Below, piece after piece: positions 47,035 through 60,790 of a DNA stretch of 64,000 nt. The notes beneath the pieces were generated by a model. That model was not told the origin of the DNA. It searched no databases and worked only from the letters and a program-made list of their open reading frames with translations. A program made the translations under genes and the position numbers. This DNA comes from the human T2T-CHM13v2.0 reference genome, Homo sapiens. The DNA lies in the NCBI RefSeq assembly GCF_009914755.1, contig NC_060931.1; one strand, written 5' to 3'. Each line of letters starts with the position of its first letter. Position 1 is the stretch's first letter.

Positions 47035-50000
47035 TTTTGTCTTTTTAAAAAACAAACTTTTTGTTTTGTTGATTGTTTTTATTGCTTTTTTAAGTCTTTG
47101 TTTCATTTAGTTCTGCTCTGATTTTTATTTGTTTTCTACTAATTTTAAGTTTGGTTTGTTCTTGCTATTCAAGTTCCTTGAGGTACAATCTTTAGATCTT
47201 TAGATTGTTTATGTGAAATCTATTCACTCTTGATGTAGCCATATATTGCTTTAAACAGCTCTCTTAGCACTGCTTTTGCTATATCCAATAGGTTTTGGCA
47301 TGTTGTGTTTCAGTTTCATTTTTTTCAAGAAACAAAACAAATTTTTGATTTCTGTCTTAATTTTTTTTTTGACCCAATGGTCATTCAGGAGCATGTTGTT
47401 TAATTTCCCTGTATTTGTACAATTTCCAAATTTCCTGTTGGCACTTATTTCTAGTTTGATTCCACTTTGGTCTGGGAAGATACTTTGTATAATTTTGATC
47501 TTTTAAAAATTTGTTGAGACTTGTTTTGTGTTCTAGCATATTGCCTGTCCTGCAGTGTGTTCCATGTGCCATGAGAAGAATGTGTATTTGGTAGCTGTTT
47601 GACAAAATGTTCTGTAAATGCCCGTTAGGTCCATTTGGTCTAAAGTCCAGTTTAAATCCAATATTTCTTTGTTCATTTGCTATCTAGATGATCTGTCTGA
47701 TGTTGAGAGTGGGGAATTGAAATCTACCATTGTTATTTTATAGGAGTCTATTTCTCTCTTTAGATCTAGTAATATTTCCTTTATATATCTTGTGCTCCAG
47801 TGTTATATGAATATATATTTAGAATTATTATATCCTCTTACTGAATTGATCCCTTTATTATTATATGACCTATTTTGTTTCTTTTTTACTCTTTATTACT
47901 TAAAGTCTGTTTTATCTGATATAAATATAGCTATTCCTGCTCACTCTAGGTTTTCATGCAATATCTTTTTCCATCCCTTTACTTTCAGTCTATATGTATC
48001 TTTACAGATGGGATTAGTTTATTGTAGGTATCATATAGTTGGATCATATTTTTAAATCCATCCAACCAGTCTGTATCTTTTAAGTGAAAAATTTAGTCTG
48101 TTTACATTTAAGGTTACTATAAGTATGTGAGATTTTGTTCCTGTCAGTTTGTTAATTATTTGCCAAATATTGTGTGTATTCTTTGGTCCTTTCTTTTCTA
48201 TGTTATTGTTTATCATTGTGGTTTGGTGGTTTTCTGTAATGGTAGCATTTAAGTTCCTTCTCTTTCTCGTTCGTGTATTTGCTTTATCAGTGAGTTTTAT
48301 ACTTTAATGTGTTTTCTTGATAGTAGATATCATCCTTTTGAATTTGAATCCTTTGAATTCAGGTATAGGACTCCCTTAAGCATTTCTTGTAGGACTAATC
48401 TAGTGGTGATTAATTCTGTCAGTTTTTGCTTGTCGGGGAAAGACTTTATTTCTCTTTCATTTATGGCAGGGAACTTTGCTAGTTGTAGTATTCTCGGCTG
48501 TCATTTTTTTTTTTTCTTTCAGCAGTTTAAATACATCCTCTCATCCTCTTAGGCTGTAAGGTTTCTGCAGAGAAATACACTGCTAGTTTCCCTTAAAAAT
48601 GACTAGATGCTTTTTTCTTGCTAGTTTTAGAATTCTTTCTTTGTTTTGACCTTCAACAGTTTAACTATTATGCACTACAGGGACCTTTTTAAAAATGGTA
48701 TCTTTTTAAGGATCTCTGAGCTTCTGTATCTGGATATCTAAATTTCTTTCTAGTTGGGAAGTTTTCAGCTATTATTTTATTAACTAGGTTTTCCCTCCTT
48801 TTTGTTTTTTCTTAGTCTTCTGGGACACTGAAAATTTGTATATTTGGTCACTTTATAGTGTCCCAATATGTCATGTGGGCTTTGTTCATTCTTTTTTCTT
48901 TTTACTTTTATCTGACTGAGTTATTTTAGTCAGAAATAACCTGTCTTCGAAGTTGTGAAATTCTTTTTTTGCTTGATTTAGTCTATTGTTGAAGTTGTCA
49001 AATATTTATTTTTTATTTTATTTAATGAATTCTTCCATTCTAGGAATTATGTTTGGTTCTTTTTTTTATGATATTTGTACCTTTTGTAAATTTCTCATTC
49101 ATATCCTATATGGTTTTCCTGATTTGTTTGTACTGGTTTATCTTCTGTTATATCTCACTGAACTTCTTGAATATCATTATTTTGAATTCTTTTGCTGGGG
49201 TTTCATAAATTCCTATTTCTTTGGAATCTGTTGCTGGAGAATCATTGTGTTCCATTGGAGGCATCATATTTCTTTAGTTTTTCACGTTTCTTGTGTCCTT
49301 ACATTGATATCTGCATATCTGGTGTAACAGTCACTTGTTCTAATTTTTTGGATTTGCTTTCATAGAAGAAGATTTTTTCTTGAAGTTAAATCTATGGTAT
49401 TTGTTGTGTAAGGTACTTTGGCTTTGATTCTGGGTGTGTGCAGTAGTGTATTCTCTGTATAATTTATTTGACTGTAATTAGTGTCAATAAAGTCTGTGAT
49501 TTACTCAGTGGCTTAGGGTGCAGTTATTAGTGGAAACCATACTAAAGTTTTGTTGGAGATAAAGATGCCAGTTGGGCTAGTCCTCAGGCCCTAGTGAGTG
49601 CATTGGTCGGGTGAGTATGCCTATCCTTAGGCACCAGGTGGACAATGCTGGCACCAGTGTTAGCAGATCCAGGCAGGCCAATCCTTGGGCCTATGGGCAG
49701 TTTTCTTGGATGCCAGTAGTACCAGCAGATGACCAGGCTGGTGGGTGGGTCCACAGGCCCCTGGGCAGCAGGCCAGCTGTGGGATACAGCAGTAGTGGTG
49801 GGATAACCTTCTGGCTTCCAAGCAGTCCACACTGGTGTTGCCAGTCGTTGTGATACGCTGGATGGACCAGAACCCAGGCCTATAGGTTATGCATGCAGGT
49901 AGTTGTGGTGGCAGACAGGGTGAGCCCATCCTCAGGTCCCTGGGATGAGTGCATGGGTGCTAACGGTGGGTGACAGGACTTGGTGGTCCTCAAGCCCTCA

Positions 50001-51244
50001 GACACCATGCTCAGACACTGAGGAGGGCTGCAGAGCCATGCTGGGTGACCTTGACCTTAAGCTCCCTAGTAGCGTCTATGGACATTGGCTCTGGTGGCCA
50101 GGGGTTGGGTAATCCCCAGGCCCACAGCAAAGTGCTTGAGTCGAATCAGTAGTGGCTGTTTTGCACCTTGCTGATAGGGAGGGTGGGGGTGCTTTCATTG
50201 GCAGTGAATGTAGGTAGGTGGCTGGGGAGCATGCACGTTGATCCCAAGCTGTGGCTGCAGGCAGGGAAGCCTGACCTCAGGATGTGTGAAAGTGCATGGC
50301 AGCCTGTTACTGGGATGGGCAGGGTTACTGCCAGTGGCCTGTGCTTTGGCCCCAGTGGCAGCAGCCAGCAGTGGTGGCAGCTGGAGGTGGGGGAGTCTGT
50401 CCTTCAGGCACATGAAAATGCTCAGCAGCTTTGCTGCTGGGGGCATCAGTGTTACTGCCAATGGCTTGTGTTTCAGCCCTGGCAGTAACAGCCATCTGTG
50501 GTGGTGGTTATGTGCAGGATACGTCAATGGGGCTTTAGGAATGTGCAGATGAAGGGGCTTTGGGGCCCCAGGGAAGGATGCAGCCTGGTGGAAGCTGGGC
50601 CCTCAAAATGACACCATGTCGTAGCTGCTTGGGACTCGGTGTGTGCGGAACCCAGCATGAGCTCACTGTCTGGAGTAATGCCATTGCACCTGTCTGCAGG
50701 TAGATCTCTATGTTAGTCTCAGGGCCTGCAAGGATGGAAGGGCTCTCCCATGACTAGTACTGGAGGAGCCCATGTGGGAATATGGGCCACTGGGGGTCTT
50801 TCATTTACTGTTTCCCTGATTGGGAGAGCTCTCCCCAGCTGATCCTAGCCAAGCAGGCTGCCTTGCTTGTCTCTTCTTCATTGCCTTAGTTGTTCCTATC
50901 ACTTCTCTATTGAGCTCCAGTATTCCCTCCTAGTTGATCCATTTAAAGTGTAATTATCCACTTAATATCTTGGTTCTTTTCTGTGGAGGAGGACTGCCAG
51001 GTGCATCTCATCAGCCATCCTGAAGCCCCTCTCTCATTTCTGTTTTTGATTCTTCTGTTTGTTTCTGCTCTTAATCAATTCATAAATTACTTTAATTTTT
51101 TATTTACATAATTATTCAATTTTAGAGATCAAATATAGACTTCTTCAACAAAATAACAGCAGAAAATCATCCAGCATATCCTTAAACAACTCCCTTGATG
51201 ATGGATTGATCATTCCTAAAGTTAGGTAATTCCTTCTTCAGAAT

Positions 51245-51539
<295 letters not shown>

Positions 51540-51571
51540 ATTTCTAAGCCTAACTCCAAAGGCAAAACCCA

Positions 51572-51576
<5 letters not shown>

Positions 51577-51610
<34 letters not shown>

Positions 51611-51630
51611 TATAGAGTGAGAGAGAAGAG
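51577..51630. repeat. (GA)n microsatellite
   Basis: Directly visible. Confidence 0.92.
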
Positions 51631-51659
51631 ATTTTGTTGGTAAAGAAACAAAAAAGCAA

Positions 51660-52270
51660 ATACAACTATTTGGCAAAAGCATTGCATGAAAAATTACAAG
51701 GAAGAAACACAATTTGGGGAAATTATGTATATGCCTATACTTTTGCTGATAATCAGAGTCACACTTAATAAGATGCTATATTTTAATCTACCAAATTGGC
51801 AAAGAATAAGAGGACTTTTAATGCCTAGTATTAGTAATGATGTAGAAAAATAAGCATTGTTGTAGAGGCAAGCATAGGTGATCTAATATTTCTGGTTGGC
51901 AATTTAGCAACGTGACAAAGTTTAATAATATGCATATTTCTTGATTAAGAAGAAATGAGATTCTTAAAAATTTGTCTTAATCACAGAAATGGATAGAAGC
52001 AGAAAAATGCATGTGTAAGTTATTTTCTATTTGTATACTTGTTTTCAATAGTATAACATTAGAAAAAGCTGAGAAGTCCAAAAACATTTATTAAATAAAC
52101 CATAGTAGGTTTATACAAAGGAATACTCTGTAGGCATTATGGTAGATTATATATATGTATATACACACACATACACACACAAATATGTATACTTATTTAC
52201 AAGCAATGATGTTCACTGTAGTTTTAAGAAAAAATCCTTATTCTAAGACAATATGTTCAGTATGACTCTT
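51660..52270 (+). mobile_element. Old L1ME fragment
   Basis: ctaccaaattggcaaaga; tttctggttggcaatttagcaa; attaaataaaccatag. Confidence 0.5.
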
Positions 52271-52289
52271 GAAAGGAAATGAATCTATG

Positions 52290-52590
52290 TTAACACTGTT
52301 TGCTTTCTATTAAGGCAGTCCTTAAAGAAATTAGCAAAAAATGTAAAATGATGCCATTCTTCTCATTATTGTTTTGTTTTGGAAAATATAGATGTGTTTC
52401 ATAAAATATATTATTTCTATGAATATATAACATTAATTAATAGGTATATTTCAATATTATTCTGTTTTAAATTTTAATATACTCAGTATTAAAAGTTATA
52501 CTAAAACCACATAATCCAAGGCTCTTTGGAGTCCTTAGTAAACTTTTAGAGTGTACGTAATCTGGAGACCAAACAGTTTTGAGAATGGTT
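52290..52590. mobile_element. hAT-Charlie DNA transposon fragment
   Basis: ctctttggagtcct...gagaccaaacagttttgagaa terminus. Confidence 0.55.
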
Positions 52591-53029
52591 AAGCTGGAGA
52601 GATGGTTAGAGGCTAAAACATGACTGGCTGGCTGTACGAAGCTAAGGAGTTTTGGTTTCATCTTGAAAATTATGGGGAGATACTTAAATATTTTAGATAG
52701 AGAAGTGACACATTAAATTTATTTATTGATTGATTGTGAAATATTAGTTTGCCTGTCTTTTGGAGGATAAATGAAGGGAGGCTTTGCGAGGAGGCTTAGT
52801 GATAAGGTAGCAAGTTTTTCCAGAAGTTCAAGTTAGAAGCAATGAGGGGTTCAAAGTGTAGCAAAGGACTGGTCAGAGTCAAGTTGAGAGAGATCCTGCA
52901 TCTATATAGGACTTAGCAACAGACGCTATAGGGCTTCATGACCAGTATGGTACAATGCATGGGATGAATGAGAGCTATGACTCCAAGATGCCTTATAGGT
53001 ATCTGGGTTGGATATTCAGGGGCTACTAT

Positions 53030-53875
53030 ACTCAGATCTCCCCAGATCTGTGTGTGTGTGTGGTGGGGTGGTGGGGGGCCGGGGGGACTCCCTAGCTTGT
53101 TCTGTGTTCTTTTGCCTCATTGGAAGATGCTTGACAGCTCCTGGAACCACTTTCCTCATGTGGTCAGAGGAAAGTGACCTGGAAAGTACCTGGAAGTTTA
53201 CATTCCTGTATTATTCTGTTCTCATGCTGCTGATAAAGACATACCTAAGACTAGGTAATTTATTTTTTTAAAAAGAGGTTTAATGGACTCACAGTTCCAC
53301 ATGGCTGGGGAGACCTCACAATCATGGCAGAAAGTGAAAGTCACGTCTTACATGGCAGCAGACAAGAAAGAATGGGAGCCAAGCAAAAGGTGAAACCCCT
53401 TATAAAACCATTAGATCTCGTGAGACTTATTCACTACCATGAGAACTATGGGGGAAACTGCCCCCCATGATTCAGTTATCTCCCACCAGGTCCCTCCCAC
53501 AACATGTGGGGATTATGGGAGCTACAATTCAAGATGAGATTTGGGTGGGAACACAGACAAACCATATCAGTTCCCCCTACCCTCCACCCTGAGGTGGTTT
53601 TTGCCAGGAATGGTATGCACAGGAATATGAAAGCCCAGGGTTCTCTTTCTGGGGTGGCACGAGCCAAGGGAGGTAATGTACATTCCAGACTTCCTCTGTG
53701 TGATAAAGCTGAGGCTAGAATTTCGCTGAGGTCACACTGTTGCTTGGCTTCTTCCTTTTCCCGTTCCTCTTTCCCTTCCTCCATCAGAGATTTCTCCTGG
53801 GGGCACTTTCTTGCTCTGTCACTGCACATGAATATTCATCTCAGGCTCTGCTGCTGTGGGACTTGACACAGGACT
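53030..53875 (+). mobile_element. LTR16-like ERVL LTR split by THE1
   Basis: gataaagctgaggctag...cttggcttcttcc...tttctcctggg...ctcaggctctgct. Confidence 0.7.
53207..53569 (-). mobile_element. THE1B-like solo LTR
   Basis: tgtatta...gctgctgataaagacatac...gagatttgggtggg...aaccatatca; 5-bp TSD attcc/gttcc. Confidence 0.93.
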
Positions 53876-54189
53876 GGAGTCATGCTGACCTTGCATTTCA
53901 CTTAGATAGATTATACCAGGTATGGAGTAGTTTACAGGAGAGAGGAGAGTAAGTTCATTTTTGGACATGTTGATTGTAAGTACATTTGGATCATTTTATG
54001 GAAATATCTAGTAAGTAGTTAAATCTGAGTTAGAAATATTGATCTGGAAGCCATCAGGATTTAGGTGCTGGTTGAAGCCATGAGTTTGAATGAGGCTAAA
54101 TCAGGAGAGTATATGGAGCATCTAAAACTGAGGACTGGGTCATGTGGACATTTTGACAGTTGCAATTAACATGTTCCTCATATAAATCC

Positions 54190-54410
54190 TTTCCATACAA
54201 GTATCAGTTTACATTTTCATATTCAGAAACATCATATTGTTTGACCTTTACAATAACAAAGGAAGGTGGGAGGCTATGTGTAATTATTGTCGTTTTTCAG
54301 ATGAGGAAATTAAGACAGAATTTATGTGAAACACTCAAAGTCACAACAGTGACAGGACTAGCACAAAATCCAGGTCATTTAATTTCTAGCACAGAGCTTT
54401 TCCTGCCCCT
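54190..54410 (-). mobile_element. MIR
   Basis: ttttcagatgaggaaattaagacaga core. Confidence 0.7.
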
Positions 54411-57400
54411 TACAACTGCTTTTGAAAAAATTCATTTTTTTTGGTATATACTTTTGCAATGTATAGGAAATAGTCTTTCTTGCAGCCTCAGCATTCTTAC
54501 GGACTCATATTACATCTGCTCCAGCTTTTCTGGTATCCTCATCAATTTATCATGACCTGTTGCAGGACATCTTTGTTTTCCATAGCCCAGAAAATCACTT
54601 CCTTCAGGAAGCCACTGTGAACAAACTGCAGCCCTTGGTTATTTCTTACTTAATAGTGTTGCATGGATTTTATATTATATTCATTCTCACGTGTTGATAT
54701 GCTACTTTTGTGTTTCTTTCTTTTCTTGTTTTGTATATTTTTGTTTTTATTCTTCCAACTATATTGTAAGACAATCTTTAAAGTATTCTCTTTTATACAA
54801 AATGAATGTTTCCATTTTTTTTGGGAAATAAAGAAAATATAATTCTACATTATAACAACATTTTGTATATTTTATTTTAGTCATTATTTTTTCCACATGC
54901 TTATGCTGGCATTCCTGAAGTTTTCAATTGTTCAGCCAGATTGTTATTTGGTGCATAAATCCGTCTTGCAACTATTTTTTTTTCTTCCTTAGTATATATT
55001 ACAATGCACTATATACAATAGGGACGTTGTTGCTGCTTGGGAATTCATTTGGTGAGAGAGGGACTTGCAAAAGATGACTCAGATATTTCAGTCAGGTCAA
55101 AGATGGTCAGAGAGTAAATGTGCTATGAGGAGATGACTTTTTGCTAATGGGGAGATTTTGACTTTAGTAGAAGAAAATGTTTGAAAGATTTAATTGGGCC
55201 AATTGTCATCACTATGTTAGGATGACCCTATTGGGTGAGCTTGTGTTTTTACTTTCCCATCCCTACTGGGACTATTTGGACAGCTGGGTGTGTATCAGAT
55301 AAAGTTAGTACACAATTTGGTTTTATCTGCCTTTTATTCAGCTGTCAAAGCATGATTATGACCCCCTTTCAGAGTATAACATAAAATACTTTTCTGGACT
55401 TTGATTAATTTTTTTAACTAAAGACAGTCCTAACAGGTCACATGTTTCATCTTTAGCCAAGAAACTTTGCAGTCAAGGTTTCCAAGTTATTCTGCAAGTC
55501 TGTCTGGCTAGCGTCGTCTCTTGGCATGATAACATCATTGCATATAAGTACAGCGCACCATTAATCTGAGTGTATTAGACTTTCAAACATTCATTCCTCC
55601 AGACTATAAGCTGGATTTGCACTTTGCTGGATGACATTTAAGCAGTTTACTTGGATGTAACGTGTTCCCAGCACAGCATGAAAATGCATTTACTAAGGGC
55701 TTTGTGTCTGTGGTTTAGATGAAAATAGAGTAAAGCTTCCTCCCTCTTGAGATGTTTAGATAAGGTTTAATTGATTTTGAAAATACATTAGCATGACCAC
55801 AATGCTTTAAAACAAATGAACTTTTTTTTTTTAAATAAAGCAGGTTGCATTGGGGGTTTGACTTAAAAGCTTTGAAATGGTGAAATAGCAAAGAGCTTTT
55901 TTTCCTTTTTTAAACTTAGAGAAAGTACAGCACGCCCCCAAAATATTTCTAATTTATGTTTATGCTTCTAAAGTTTGAATAGAAATAAACTTACTTCTGG
56001 AGAAAAGGCTTTTTATCATGGGGGACTTGAAGTTACGAGCTTTTTCACAAGACAGTGTTGGAAACATATGTCCTTGTTGTCAGACTAATGCACCTTTATT
56101 GACTTAAAGCTTAGAAGGAAATCAATAGATTTTTGGAGACACATAGGAGATTGCAGGCCTTCCATTTATGAATACGATGAATTGAAATGGTCTTTAGACT
56201 GTCTGCATTAGCATCGCCACTTACCAATGTGGTATTGAACATATGGCTCTGCTGAAACAAGTAATGATGCACCCCTAGACTCTTGCTGAAGCACTTGACT
56301 TCAAACAGTGTGCTAACCAACTTCTGCTTAAAACCCTACTGAGAGCAGTGCCCCGTAGGTAAAACAGTCTGTGAAACATGGTATCCACTCAGCTCTCTGG
56401 GTAATCACCTCTATCTTGAGTTGGAAAGAGCACTAGAAAGTTATATAGTTGTTTTACACTAAGTTATCTTCTGAACAATCACCTTCACAGAATTAAATTT
56501 AAGTGTTATATCTTTGGTTTTGTTTGTATCTGGTAGATAATTTTGGTCAAAGACAAACTGTCCATCATTCTGTGTATACAGTGTCATTTGATAAATCTAT
56601 TTTGAATTTATAACCAAGGGAGAAGTGTATGTGCCCATTTTTCTCTCTAGCTCTCTTTCTGACTTTCTGTATCTATTTCTTTTTCTCTCTTAAAATTGGT
56701 TTGCTTTCTTCAAACAAATAACTTGAAATATTCAACATACTCATTTTCTTGCCTCTGAGGAAATGTAGAGCAAAATTGAATAGGCAATCACAATAATTAT
56801 ATCAAACCTCATTCTTAGCATTTTGCTTTCTTTTGCTCTTCTTATATCTTTGATATGTTATTTTTTCCAGAACTTTGTTATATACATGAATTTTATTTTA
56901 AGATGCCTTAGATCCCTTTTGAGAAGCAGAAACTAATAAGCAAACTGTTAAGGGAAGGCTAGAAAGAGATGATCAGAGGCCAGAGGATAATGAGTCTATA
57001 AACTATAGAAACTTAAAAGGAAAATGGTATTTTTGATTGTCATTTTACTGCCAAGGTGACTGCTTGTGTTTCCAGCCAACAAATGGTCATATATTCTCTA
57101 GCAATACTTAACAAGTCTTGGGCACACCATATAATATGCTTTCCTGTAGACACTATTGATTGAGAGAAATAGTGGACGTGAATAATTATATGTGGATTTA
57201 AAAAGTCCATGTATGGAATTCCATTATAAAAGATTGTGAAAGAAATATATAGAACTAAATATTTGGGCCAAAACAAAAACACAGTGAATTACCATATTAT
57301 TTGCTTCTCTGGTAAATTTTCAGTAATGGCTTTTATATGAACCAACATTTGCTCAAAGGATATAGAAACTTGAAATCCTTGGTCATCTGAAAAATATCAG

Positions 57401-58278
57401 AAATGAAGCTAAAGTAAATTTAATGAAACTAGAGGAAGACATTATTATTTACTTAAAATATATTTACATACAACCTTTTAAAATTACATTTATTTCTCAT
57501 ATAGGGTCCTACATATACACTTGAAATAATGCAGATACTAAGATATGATAAATTTCAAAATGAGAAACACAGAGTTCTCAGGCTCGAATTGGCTGAAATT
57601 GGCTGAAATGTTATTTTCTTGAATTGGCTGAAATTGGCTTGAGATGGCCTTTACTCTCCCATTCCTGTCTTTAACCTTATACAGACATTGTTTTCAACAA
57701 GCACAGCTGATAGCAAGTGATCATGAAGCAATCTTTTCCCCTCTTTCTCTTTCCATTGAAATTACTCTTTAGAGTTATTTCCCTTCCTGGATGAAAAGTG
57801 TGGCAGTTTGTGGTCACTTTTATGGAATAGAGTTTTTCTGTCATTGTAACTCATAAGACATGGACTCAGTATTTCAAGGTCTAATCTCATATAATATTCA
57901 AAATTTCAATTTTGCTTTAATGTTAAAGCTTCTCTTTTTTCTCTTCTCCCTTATCTTGATGGCTGGTTTCTACTTCTCAAAGATCAGAACAGTGGGAGAG
58001 AGAAGAGGGAAGGGGCAGGAAATTTCCCTCTGGTGTGGTTGTGATGTAGCTCCTGTGCTTTCTAGACTTGCAGGTGATGAAAGCTCACTTTTTTTTTTCT
58101 GGTGGGAAGCTTTTACACGGGTTCTTCAGAGGCTCCCATCACTGGGGATCCCTCAGTTGAAACTCTCTGGAGATGACAAATGCATCTCTATTTCTGTTAG
58201 TTGCTTGATTTTTTCTTAACCCCTTTTCATTAAACAATACCTGATTCATTCTCTATCTTTTTCTCTTCTTTTCTGCAG

Positions 58279-58394
58279 GATGTACTCACATCCCAACAAA
58301 TTGAAAATGCTGACCAATCCCAGCACAGCCAACTCGAATTTGCTCCTTCATCAAAGTGACCAGCACCTCATTTCTTCCTCTTTAGAATTTATAG
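58279..58394 (+). other. Candidate internal exon (116 nt) of an unidentified host transcript
   Basis: Branch-like cttaac at 58215, long pyrimidine tract, ctgcag|G acceptor, ATAG|gtaaga donor; one open frame MYSHPNKLKMLTNPSTANSNLLLHQSDQHLISSSLEFI. Confidence 0.65.
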
Positions 58395-59379
58395 GTAAGA
58401 GTCAGCAGTCCACTAGGACTCTGTAAATACAGGGTACACAGAAGAAGCTCTTGTAGGGGGCCACGTTGTCTAGTGAGAGAGGACACACTACATTATCTTA
58501 AAGCTTTAAGGTAAAACATTCCATTTGTCTTTTTATTGGGTGAACGGGAAGAACTACTGGAACGGTTGTAGTTACTGAGTCTTCTGGAATCATAGTGTAA
58601 GTTAGTGAAGGTTTATACAACTGTGATTGCAGAACAAGAACATAAATGGTGTCAAACTATGCAATATAACATAAATGTTCAGATGAAAAAAATCAAGTGG
58701 TAGAGAGAGGGAAGACAGGTGATGAAATAGATAGGAACTCTAAACCATGTGCTGTATAAAGCTAGAAATCCAGAGAAAATCTCTAGTTGTTCAATCAAAA
58801 AATAAATATTAAAATATGTGATTTAAAGTTACAAAGGTAACAGAGATATATATTGTAATAGTGATTTAACTCTAGTAGAAGGAATAGAAGAAGGATTTTT
58901 AGTGTTGTGCAGTTGAATCCTGTCTTGTTTAGTTGAAGCAGATAATGTTTGAAATGGATACATTTTAAAATATATTTGCATAAACATATTATTTAGAGTC
59001 TTGAACGGAGAATAGGAGTGAGAAAGGTGAATTGAGAGAGGATTGCATTTCATTAGGGTTCTCCCGTTTTCCTTGTTCTCATCTTTCTTTTTTTTAATAA
59101 TGTGTGTACAAATTCCTCTAATCAAATTTAAAATATTTATTTTTAAAATATATTTTTAAAATTATATATAAAATATATAGATGAGAATATAAATGGAATT
59201 ATGTGGAAAAATATATAGACAAAAATATATCATTATTCAGTATGAAAAAGGTAAGGAGGTAAATTATTGCTGCAAGATATTAAAATAGTATAAAGTTATA
59301 TTATTCAATATGATACAAACATAAGCATCTTCAGAAAGCTCAAAGAAACAGAAAAATACCAAAAGGGTGTTTTAGTACA

Positions 59380-60790
<1,411 letters not shown>

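Noticed and set aside
49584-50552. Cluster of overlapping ORFs in GC-richer sequence; possible CpG island
   Set aside because: L1MA 5'UTR, CpG-depleted, no recognisable protein
53062-53087. G-rich run as a possible G-quadruplex
   Set aside because: Only three clear G-tracts, inside an LTR; nothing suggests function
57860-58219. 119-aa ORF just upstream of the exon candidate
   Set aside because: No recognisable domain; runs into the branch/pyrimidine region; probably chance
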